Assembly (NCBI GenBank): GCA_964016885.1
Contig: OZ024741.1
Span: 24,862,001-24,926,000 of the forward strand
Origin: Eledone cirrhosa
Taxonomy: Eukaryota
Direction of reading: 5' to 3'
Length of the DNA: 64,000 nucleotides
In this document: piece by piece, positions 1-11,900 of the stretch
Position numbering within the stretch: the stretch's first letter is position 1
Layout: each line of letters starts with the position of its first letter
Position numbers and translations under genes: made by a program
Notes under the pieces: generated by a model
Seen by the model: only the letters and a program-made list of their open reading frames with translations
Told to the model about the DNA's origin: nothing
Database searches by the model: none

Positions 1-2220
1 AATGTGTTAAACAACATAGACAGTGTCTTTTATTAGAAATATGGTAATGAAAGGTTTAAACAACATAGACAGTGTGTTTTATTAGAAATATGGTAATGCA
101 AGGGTTAAACAACATAGACAGTGTGTTTTATTAGAAATATGATAATGAAAGGGTTAAAAAACATAGACAGTGTCTTGTATTAGAAATATGGTAATGAAAG
201 GGTTAAACAACATAGACAGTGTCTTTTATTAGAAATATGGTAATGAAAGGGTTAAACAACATAGACAGTGTCTTTTATTAGAAATATGGTAATGAAAGGT
301 TTAAACAACATAGACAGTGTCTTTTATTAGAAATATGGTAACGAAAGGGTTAAACAACATAGACAGTGTCTTTTATTAGAAATATGGTAATGAAAGAGTT
401 AAACAACATAGACAGTGTCTTTTATTAGAAATATGGTAATGAAAGGGTTAAACAACATAGACAGTGTGTTTTATTAGACATATGGTAATGAAAGGGTTAA
501 ACAACATAGACAGTGTCTTTTATTAGATATAGGGTAATGAAAGTGTTAAACAACATAGACAGTGTCTTTTATTAGAAATATGGTAATGAAAGGGTTAAAC
601 AACATAGACAGTGTCTTTTATTAGAAATATGGTAATGAAAGGGTTAAACAACATAGACAGTGTCTTTTATTAGAAATATGGTAATGAAAGGGTTAAACAA
701 CATAGACAGTGTCTTTTATTAGAAATATGGTAATGAAAGGGTTAAACAACGTAGACAGTGTCTTTTATTAGAAATATGGTAATGAAAGGTTTAAACAACA
801 TAGACAGTGTGTTTTATTAGAAATATGGTAATGAAAGGGTTAAACAACATAGACAGTGTCTTTTATTAGAAATATGGTAATGAAAGGGTTAAACAACATA
901 GACAGTGTCTTTTATTAGAAATATGATAATGAAAGGGTTAAACAATATAGACAGTGTCTTTTATTAGATATAGGGTAATGAATGTGTTAAACAACATAGA
1001 CAGTGTCTTTTATTAGAAATATGGTAATGAAAGGGTTAAACAACATAGACAGTGTCTTTTATTAGAAATATGGTAATGAAAGGGTTAAACAACATAGACA
1101 GTGTCTTTTATTAGATATAGGGTAATGAAAGGGTTAAACAACATAGAGAGTGTCTTTTATTAGATATAGTGTAATGAATGTGTTAAACAACATAGACAGT
1201 GTCTTTTATTCGAAATATGATAATGAAAGGGTTAAACAACATAGAGATTGTCTTTTATTAGATATAGGGTAATGAATGTGTTAAACAACATAGACAGTGT
1301 CTTTTATTAGAAATATGGTAATGAAAGGGTTAAACAACATAGACAGTGTCTTTTATTAGAAATATGGTAATGAAAGGGTTAAACAACATACACAGTGTCT
1401 TTTATTAGATATAGGGTAATGAAAGGGTTAAAAAACATAGACAGTGTCTTGTATTAGAAATATGGTAATGAAAGGGTTAAACAACATAGATAGTGTCTTT
1501 TATTAGAAATATGGTAATGAAAGGGTTAAACAACATAGACAGTGTCTTTTATTAGAAATATGATAATGAAAGGATTAAACAACATAGAGAGTGTCTTTTA
1601 TTAGATATAGGGTAATGAATGTGTTAAACAACATAGACAGTGTCTTTTATTAGAAATATGGTAATGAAAGGTTTAAACAACATAGACAGTGTGTTTTATT
1701 AGAAATATGGTAATGCAAGGGTTAAACAACATAGACAGTGTGTTTTATTAGAAATATGATAATGAAAGGGTTAAAAAACATAGACAGTGTCTTGTATTAG
1801 AAATATGGTAATGAACGGGTTAAACAACATAGACAGTGTCTTTTATTAGAAATATGGTAATGAAAGGGTTAAACAACATAGACAGTGTCTTTTATTAGAA
1901 ATATGGTAATGAAAGGTTTAAACAACATAGACAGTGTCTTTTATTAGAAATATGGTAACGAAAGGGTTAAACAACATAGACAGTGTCTTTTATTTGAAAT
2001 ATGATAATGAAAGGGTTAAACAACATAGACAGTGTCTTTTATTAGAAATATGGTAATGAAAGGGTTAAACAACATGGACAGTGTCTTTTATTAGAAATAT
2101 GGTAATGAAAGGGTTAAACAACATAGACAGTGTGTTTTGTTAGACATATGGTAATGAAAGGGTTAAACAACATAGACAGTGTCTTTTATTAGAAATATGG
2201 TAATGAAAGTGTTAAACAAC

Positions 2221-2250
2221 ATAGACAGTGTCTTTTATTAGAAATACAAC
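2221..2250. repeat. 30-bp deletion monomer type A (lacks TGGTAATGAAAGGGTTAAA), first of about 19 copies
   Basis: Junction GAAATA|CAACATAG, with ATAGACAGTG at 2221 and again at 2251. Also near 6123, 10152, 15141, 19365, 23050, 23962, 24874, 28432, 29344, 36165, 40145, 41401, 48710, 52347, 55347, 60111, 61004 and 62387. Confidence 0.95.
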
Positions 2251-4254
2251 ATAGACAGTGTGTTTTATTAGAAATATGGTAATGAAAGGGTTAAACAACA
2301 TAGACAGTGTCTTTTATTAGAAATATGATAATGAAAGGGTTAAAAAACATAGACAGTGTCTTGTATTAGAAATATGGTAATGAAAGGGTTAAACAACATA
2401 GACAGTGTCTTTTATTAGAAATATGGTAATGAAAGGGTTAAACAACATAGACAGTGTCTTTTATTAGAAATATGATAATGAAAGGATTAAACAACATAGA
2501 GAGTGTCTTTTATTAGATATAGGGTAATGAATGTGTTAAACAACATAGACAGTGTCTTTTATTAGAAATATGGTAATGAAAGGTTTAAACAACATAGACA
2601 GTGTGTTTTATTAGAAATATGGTAATGCAAGGGTTAAACAACATAGACAGTGTGTTTTATTAGAAATATGATAATGAAAGGGTTAAAAAACATAGACAGT
2701 GTCTTGTATTAGAAATATGGTAATGAAAGGGTTAAACAACATAGACAGTGTCTTTTATTAGAAATATGGTAATGAAAGGGTTAAACAACATAGACAGTGT
2801 CTTTTATTAGAAATATGGTAATGAAAGGTTTAAACAACATAGACAGTGTCTTTTATTAGAAATATGGTAACGAAAGGGTTAAACAACATAGACAGTGTCT
2901 TTTATTGGAAATATGATAATGAAAGGGTTAAACAACATAGACAGTGTCTTTTATTAGAAATATGGTAATGAAAGGGTTAAACAACATGGACAGTGTCTTT
3001 TATTAGAAATATGGTAATGAAAGGGTTAAACAACATAGACAGTGTCTTTTATTAGAAATATGATAATGAAAGGGTTAAACAACATAGACAGTGTCTTTTA
3101 TTAGAAATATGGTAATGAAAGGGTTAAACAACATAGAGAGTGTCTTTTATTAGAAATATGGTAATGAAAGAGTTAAACAACATAGACAGTGTCTTTTATT
3201 AGAAATATGGTAATGAAAGGGTTAAACAACATAGACAGTGTGTTTTATTAGACATATGGTAATGAAAGGGTTAAACAACATAGACAGTGTCTTTTATTAG
3301 ATATAGGGTAATGAAAGTGTTAAACAACATAGACAGTGTCTTGTATTAGAAATATGGTAATGAAAGTGTTAAACAACATAGACAGTGTCTTTTATTAGAA
3401 ATATGGTAATGAAAGGGTTAAACAACATAGACAGTGTCTTTTATTAGAAATATGGTAATGAAAGGGTTAAACAACGTAGACAGTGTCTTTTATTAGAAAT
3501 ATGGTAATGAAAGGTTTAAACAACATAGACAGTGTGTTTTATTAGAAATATGGTAATGAAAGCGTTAAACAACATAGACAGTGTCTTTTATTAGAAATAT
3601 GGTAATGAAAGGGTTAAACAACATAGACAGTGTCTTTTATTAGAAATATGATAATGAAAGGGTTAAACAACATAGACAGTGTCTTTTATTAGATATAGGG
3701 TAATGAATGTGTTAAACAACATAGACAGTGTCTTTTATTAGAAATATGGTAATGAAAGGGTTAAACAACATAGACAGTGTCCTTTATTAGAAATATGGTA
3801 ATGAAAGGGTTAAACAACATAGACAGTGTCTTTTATTAGATATAGGGTAATGAAAGGGTTAAACAACATAGACAGTGTCTTTTATTAGAAATATGGTAAT
3901 GAAAGGGTTAAACAACATGGACAGTGTCTTTTATTAGAAATATGGTAATGAAAGAGTTAAACAACATAGACAGTATCTTTTATTAGAAATATGGTAATGA
4001 AAGGGTTAAACAACATAGACAGTGTCTTTTATTAGAAATATGGTAATGAAAGGGTTAAACAACATGGACAGTGTCTTTTATTAGAAATATGGTAATGAAA
4101 GGGTTAAACAACATAGACAGTATCTTTTATTAGAAATATGGTAATGAAAGGGTTAAACAACATAGACAGTGTCTTTTATTAGAAATATGGTAATGAAAGG
4201 GTTAAACAACATAGACAGTGTCTTTTATTAGAAATATGGTAATGAAAGGGTTAA

Positions 4255-4600
4255 ACAACATAGATAGTGTCTTTCATTAGAAATATGGTAATGAAAGGGT
4301 TAAATTACATAGGCAGTGTCTTCTATTAGAAATATCATAATGAAAGGGTTAAACAACATAGACAGTGTCTTTTATTAGAAATATGGTAATGAAAGTGTTA
4401 AACAACATAGACAGTGTCTTTTATTAGAAATATGGTAATGAAAGTGTTAAACAACATAGACAGTGTCTTTTATTAGAAATGTGGTAATGAAAGTGTTAAA
4501 CAACATAGACAGTATCTTTTATTAGAAATGTGGTAATGAAAGTGTTAAACAACATAGACAGTATCTTTTATTAGAAATGTGGTAATGAAAGGGATAAACA
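4255..4600. repeat. Divergent monomer cassette (…AAATTACATAGGCAGTGTCTTCTATTAGAAATATCATAATG… through GGGATAAAC), first of 6 copies
   Basis: The core monomer has 6 substitutions out of 49 and is flanked by the same ordered variants. Core near 4301, 26641, 31111, 34199, 38179 and 46549. Confidence 0.92.
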
Positions 4601-5919
4601 ACATAGACAGTGTCTTTTATTAGATATAGGGTAATGAATGTGTTAAACAACATAGACAGTGTCTTTTATTAGAAATATGGTAATGAAAGGGTTAAACAAC
4701 ATAGACAGTGTCTTTTATTAGAAATATGGTAATGAAAGAGTTAAACAACATAGACAGTGTCTTTTATTAGAAATATGGTAATGAAAGGGTTAAACAACAT
4801 AGACAGTGTGTTTTATTAGACATATGGTAATGAAAGGGTTAAACAACATAGAAAGTGTCTTTTATTAGATATAGGGTAATGAAAGTGTTAAACAACATAG
4901 ACAGTGTCTTGTATTAGAAATATGGTAATGAAAGGGTTAAACAACATAGACAGTGTCTTTTATTAGAAATATGGTAATGAAAGGGTTAAACAACATAGAC
5001 AGTGTCTTTTATTAGAAATATGATAATGAAAGGGTTAAACAACATAGACAGTGTCTTTTATTAGATATAGGGTAATGAATGTGTTAAACAACATAGACAG
5101 TGTCTTTTATTAGAAATATGGTAATGAAAGGGTTAAACAACATACATAGTGTCTTTTATTAGAATTATGGTAATGAAAGGGTTAAACAACATAGACAGTG
5201 TCTTTTATTAGATATAGGGTAATGAAAGGGTTAAACAACATAGACAGTGTCTTTTATTAGAAATATGGTAATGAAAGGGTTAAACAACATAGATAGTGTC
5301 TTTTATTAGAAATATGGTAATGAAAGGGTTAAACAACATAGACAGTGTCTTTTATTAGATATAGGGTAATGAAAGGGTTAAACAACATAGACAGTGTCTT
5401 TTATTAGAAATATGGTAATGAAAGGGTTAAGCAACATAGACAGTGTCTTTTATTAGAAATATGGTAATGAAAGGTTTAAACAACATAGACAGTGTCTTTT
5501 ATTAGAAATATGGTAATGAAAGGGTTAAACAACATAGACAGTGTCTTTTATTAAATATAGGGTAATGAAAGTGTTAAAAAACATAGACAGTGTCTTTTAT
5601 TAGAAATAGGGTAATGAAAGGGTTAAACAACATAGACAGTGTGTTTTGTTAGACATATGGTAATGAAAGGGTTAAACAACATAGACAGTGTCTTTTATTA
5701 GATATAGGGTAATGAAAGTGTTAAACAACATAGACAGTGTCTTTTATTAGAAATATGGTAATGAAAGGGTTAAACAACATAGACAGTGTGTTTTATTAGA
5801 AATATGGTAATGAAAGGGTTAAACAACATAGACAGTGTCTTTTATTAAATATAGGGTAATGAAAGTGTTAAAAAACATAGACAGTGTCTTTTATTAGAAA
5901 TATAATAATGAAAGGGTTA

Positions 5920-5949
5920 AACAACAGAAATATGGTAATGATAGGGTTA
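5920..5949. repeat. 30-bp deletion monomer type B (lacks TAGACAGTGTCTTTTATTA), first of about 14 copies
   Basis: Junction AACAACA|GAAATAT, preceded by TATAATAATG and followed by GATAGG in each copy. Also near 9950, 14370, 14939, 19114, 22799, 35964, 39944, 48507, 52144, 55144, 59908, 60801 and 62184. Confidence 0.95.
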
Positions 5950-8900
5950 AACAACATAGACAGTGTCTTTTATTAGAAATATGATAATGAAAGGGTTAAA
6001 CAACATAGACAGTGTCCTTTATTAGAAATATTGTAATGAAAGGGTTAAACAACATAGACAGCGTCTTTTATTAGAAATATGGTAATGAAAGTGTTAAACA
6101 ACATAGACAGTGTCTTTTATTAGAAATACAACATAGACAGTGTGTTTTATTAGAAATATGGTAATGAAAGGGTTAAACAACATAGACAGTGTCTTTTATT
6201 AGAAATATGATAATGAAAGGGTTAAAAAACATAGACAGTGTCTTGTATTAGAAATATGGTAATGAAAGGGTTAAACAACATAGACAGTGTCTTTTATTAG
6301 AAATATGGTAATGAAAGGGTTAAACAACATAGACAGTGTCTTTTATTAGAAATATGATAATGAAAGGGTTAAACAACATAGAGAGTGTCTTTTATTAGAT
6401 ATAGGGTAATGAATGTGTTAAACAACATAGACAGTGTCTTTTATTAGAAATATGGTAATGAAAGGGTTAAACAACATAGACAGTGTCTTTTATTCGAAAT
6501 ATGATAATGAAAGGGTTAAACAACATAGAGAGTGTCTTTTATTAGATATAGGGTAATGAATGTGTTAAACAACATAGACAGTGTCTTTTATTAGAAATAT
6601 GGTAATGAAAGGGTTAAACAACATAGACAGTGTCTTTTATTAGAAATATGGTAATGAAAGGGTTAGACAACATAGACAGTGTCATTTATTAGAAATATGG
6701 TAATGAAAGGGTTAAACAACATAGACAGTGTCTTTTATTAGAAATATGGTAATGAAAGGGTTAAACAACATAGACAGTGTCTTTTATTAGAAATATGGTA
6801 ATGAAAGGGTTAAACAACATAGACAGTGTCTTTTATTAGAAATATGGTAATGAAAGGGTTAAACAACATAGACAGTGTCTTGTATTAGAAATATGGTAAT
6901 GAAAGTGTTGAACAACATAGACAGAGTCTTTTATTAGAAATATGGTAATGAAAGGGTTAAACAACATAGACAGTGTCTTTTATTAGAAATATGGTAATGA
7001 AAGGGTTAAACAACATAGACAGTGTCTTTTATTAGAAATATGGTAATGAAAGGGTTAAACAACATAGACAGTGTCTTTTATTAGAAATATGGTAATGAAA
7101 GATTTAAACAACATAGACAGTGTGTTTTATTAGAAATATGGTAATGAAAGGGTTAAACAACATGGACAGTGTCTTTTATTAGAAATATGATAAAGAAAGG
7201 GTTAAAAAACATAGACAGTGTCTTGTATTAGAAATATGGTATTGAAAGGGTTAAACAACATAGACAGTGTCTTTTATTAGAAATATGGTAATGAAAGGGT
7301 TAAACAACATAGACAGTGTCTTTTATTAGAAATATGGTAATGAAAGGGTTAAACAACATAGACAATGTCTTTTATTAGAAATATGGTAATGAAAGGGTTA
7401 AACAACATAGACAGTGTCTTTTATTAGAAATATGGTAATGAAAGGGTTATACAACATAGACAGTGTCTTTTATTGGAAATATGATAATGAAAGGGTTAAA
7501 CAACATAGACAGTGTCTTTTATTAGAAATATGGTAATGAAAGGGTTAAACAACATGGACAGTGTCTTTTATTAGAAATATGGTAATGAAAGGGTTAAACA
7601 ACATAGACAGTGTCTTTTATTAGAAATATGATAATGAAAGGGTTAAACAACATAGACAGTGTCTTTTATTAGATATAGGGTAATGAAAGGGTTAAACAAC
7701 ATAGACAGTGTCTTTTTTTAGAAATATGGTAATGAAAGGATTAAACAACATAGACAGTGTCTTTTATTAGAAATATGATAATGAAAGGGTTTAACAACAT
7801 AAACAGTATCTTTTATTAGAAATGTGGTAATGAAAGGGTTAAACAACATAGACAGTGTCTTTTATTAGAAATATGGTAATGAAAGGGTTACACAACATAG
7901 ACAGTGTCTTTTATTAGAAATATGGTAATGAAAGGGTTAAACAACATAGACAGTGTCTTTTATTAGAAATATGGTAATGAAAGGGTTAAACAACATAGAC
8001 AGTGTCTTTTATTAGAAATATGGTAATGAAAGGTTTAAACAACATAGACAGTGTCTTTTATTAGAAATATGGTAATGAAAGGGTTAAACAACATAGACAG
8101 TGTCTTTTATTAGAAATAGGGTAATGAAAGGGTTAAACAACATAGACAGTGTCTTTTATTAGAAATATGATAATGAAAGGGTTAAACAACATAGACAGTG
8201 TCTTTTATTAGAAATATGATAATGAAAGGGTTAAACAACATAGACAGTGTCTTTTATTAGAAATATGGTAATGAAAGGGTTAAACAACATAGACAGTGTC
8301 TTTTATTAGAAATATGGTAATGAAAGGGTTAAACAACATAGATAGTGTCTTTTATTAGAAATATGGTAATGAAAGGGTTAAACAACATAGACAGTGTCTT
8401 TTATTAGAAATATGATAATGAAAGGGTTAAACAACATAGACAGTGTCTTTTATTAGAAATATGGTAATGAAAGAGTTAAACAACATAGACAGTGTCTTTT
8501 ATTAGAAATATGGTAATGAAAGGGTTAAACAACATAGACAGTGTGTTTTATTAGACATATGGTAATGAAAGGGTTAAACAACATAGAAAGTGTCTTTTAT
8601 TAGATATAGGGTAATGAAAGTGTTAAACAACATAGACAGTGTCTTGTATTAGAAATATGGTAATGAAAGTGTTAAACAACATAGACAGTGTCTTTTATTA
8701 GAAATATGGTAATGAAAGGGTTAAACAACATAGACAGTGTCTTTTATTAGAAATATGGTAATGAAAGGGTTAAACAACATAGACAGTGTCTTTCATTAGA
8801 AATATGGTAATGAAAGGTTTAAACAACATAGACAGTGTGTTTTATTAGAAATATGGTAATGAAAGGGTTAAACAACATAGACAGTGTCTTTTATTAGAAA

Positions 8901-11900
8901 TATGGTAATGAAAGGGTTAAACAACATAGACAGTGTCTTTTATTAGAAATATGATAATGAAAGGGTTAAACAACATAGACAGTGTCTTTTATTAGATATA
9001 GGGTAATGAATGTGTTAAACAACATAGACAGTGTCTTTTATTAGAAATATGGTAATGAAAGGGTTAAACAACATACATAGTGTCTTTTATTAGAATTATG
9101 GTAATGAAAGGGTTAAACAACATAGACAGTGTCTTTTATTAGATATAGGGTAATGAAAGGGTTAAACAACATAGACAGTGTCTTTTATTAGAAATATGGT
9201 AATGAAAGGGTTAAACAACATAGATAGTGTCTTTTATTAGAAATATGGTAATGAAAGGGTTAAACAACATAGACAGTGTCTTTTATTAGATATAGGGTAA
9301 TGAAAGGGTTAAACAACATAGACAGTGTCTTTTATTAGAAATATGGTAATGAAAGGGTTAAGCAACATAGACAGTGTCTTTTATTAGAAATATGGTAATG
9401 AAAGGTTTAAACAACATAGACAGTGTCTTTTATTAGAAATATGGTAATGAAAGGGTTAAACAACATAGACAGTGTCTTTTATTAGAAATATGGTAATGAA
9501 AGAGTTAAACAACATAGACAGTGTCTTTTATTAGAAATATGGTAATGAAAGGGTTAAACAACATACACAGTGTCTTTTATTAAATATAGGGTAATGAAAG
9601 TGTTAAAAAACATAGACAGTGTCTTTTATTAGAAATAGGGTAATGAAAGGGTTAAACAACATAGACAGTGTGTTTTGTTAGACATATGGTAATGAAAGGG
9701 TTAAACAACATAGACAGTGTCTTTTATTAGATATAGGGTAATGAAAGTGTTAAACAACATAGACAGTGTCTTTTATTAGAAATATGGTAATGAAAGGGTT
9801 AAACAACATAGACAGTGTGTTTTATTAGAAATATGGTAATGAAAGGGTTAAACAACATAGACAGTGTCTTTTATTAAATATAGGGTAATGAAAGTGTTAA
9901 AAAACATAGACAGTGTCTTTTATTAGAAATATAATAATGAAAGGGTTAAACAACAGAAATATGGTAATGATAGGGTTAAACAACATAGACAGTGTCTTTT
10001 ATTAGAAATATGATAATGAAAGGGTTAAACAACATAGACAGTGTCCTTTATTAGAAATATTGTAATGAAAGGGTTAAACAACATAGACAGCGTCTTTTAT
10101 TAGAAATATGGTAATGAAAGTGTTAAACAACATAGACAGTGTCTTTTATTAGAAATACAACATAGACAGTGTGTTTTATTAGAAATATGGTAATGAAAGG
10201 GTTAAACAACATAGACAGTGTCTTTTATTAGAAATATGATAATGAAAGGGTTAAAAAACATAGACAGTGTCTTGTATTAGAAATATGGTAATGAAAGGGT
10301 TAAACAACATAGACAGTGTCTTTTATTAGAAATATGGTAATGAAAGGGTTAAACAACATAGACAGTGTCTTTTATTAGAAATATGATAATGAAAGGGTTA
10401 AACAACATAGAGAGTGTCTTTTATTAGATATAGGGTAATGAATGTGTTAAACAACATAGACAGTGTCTTTTATTAGAAATATGGTAATGAAAGGGTTAAA
10501 CAACATAGACAGTGTCTTTTATTCGAAATATGATAATGAAAGGGTTAAACAACATAGAGAGTGTCTTTTATTAGATATAGGGTAATGAATGTGTTAAACA
10601 ACATAGACAGTGTCTTTTATTAGAAATATGGTAATGAAAGGGTTAAACAACATAGACAGTGTCTTTTATTAGAAATATGGTAATGAAAGGGTTAGACAAC
10701 ATAGACAGTGTCATTTATTAGAAATATGGTAATGAAAGGGTTAAACAACATAGACAGTGTCTTTTATTAGAAATATGGTAATGAAAGGGTTAAACAACAT
10801 AGACAGTGTCTTTTATTAGAAATATGGTAATGAAAGGGTTAAACAACATAGACAGTGTCTTTTATTAGAAATATGGTAATGAAAGGGTTAAACAACATAG
10901 ACAGTGTCTTTTATTAGAAATATGGTAATGAAAGGGTTAAACAACATAGACAGTTTCTTTTATTGGAAATATGATAATGAAAGGGTTAAACAACATAGAC
11001 AGTGTCTTTTATTAGAAATATGGTAATGAAAGGGTTAAACAACATGGACAGTGTCTTTTATTAGAAATATGGTAATGAAAGGGTTAAACAACATAAACAG
11101 TGTCTTTTATTAGAAATATGATAATGAAAGGGTTAAACAACATAGACAGTGTCTTTTATTAGATATAGGGTAATGAATGTGTTAAACAACATAGACAGTG
11201 TCTTTTATTAGAAATATGGTAATGAAAGGGTTAAACAACATAGACAGTGTCTTTTATTAGAAATATGGTAATGAAAGAGTTAAACAACATAGACAGTGTC
11301 TTTTATTAGAAATATGGTAATGAAAGGGTTAAACAACATAGACAGTGTGTTTTATTAGACATATGGTAATGAAAGGGTTAAACAACATAGACAGTGTCTT
11401 TTATTAGATATAGGGTAATGAAAGTGTTAAACAACATAGACAGTGTCTTGTATTAGAAATATGGTAATGAAAGTGTTGAACAACATAGACAGAGTCTTTT
11501 ATTAGAAATATGGTAATGAAAGGGTTAAACAACATAGACAGTGTCTTTTATTAGAAATATGGTAATGAAAGGGTTAAACAACATAGACAGTGTCTTTTAT
11601 TAGAAATATGGTAATGAAAGGGTTAAACAACATAGACAGTGTCTTTTATTAGAAATATGGTAATGAAAGATTTAAACAACATAGACAGTGTGTTTTATTA
11701 GAAATATGGTAATGAAAGGGTTAAACAACATGGACAGTGTCTTTTATTAGAAATATGATAAAGAAAGGGTTAAAAAACATAGACAGTGTCTTGTATTAGA
11801 AATATGGTATTGAAAGGGTTAAACAACATAGACAGTGTCTTTTATTAGAAATATGGTAATGAAAGGGTTAAACAACATAGACAGTGTCTTTTATTAGAAA

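Noticed and set aside
444-450. Telomeric repeat (GGGTTA / TAACCC) or G-quadruplex
   Set aside because: Only one hexamer occurs per 49 bp and it is never tandem. G-tracts are about 46 bp apart and often mutated.
1391-1430. V(D)J recombination signal heptamer CACAGTG
   Set aside because: It is a rare single-base variant of GACAGTG, with no ACAAAAACC nonamer at 12 or 23 bp spacing.
5895-5915. Bacterial -10 box TATAAT before deletion B
   Set aside because: It results from a GG to AA change in an AT-rich repeat. There is no -35 element or downstream gene.
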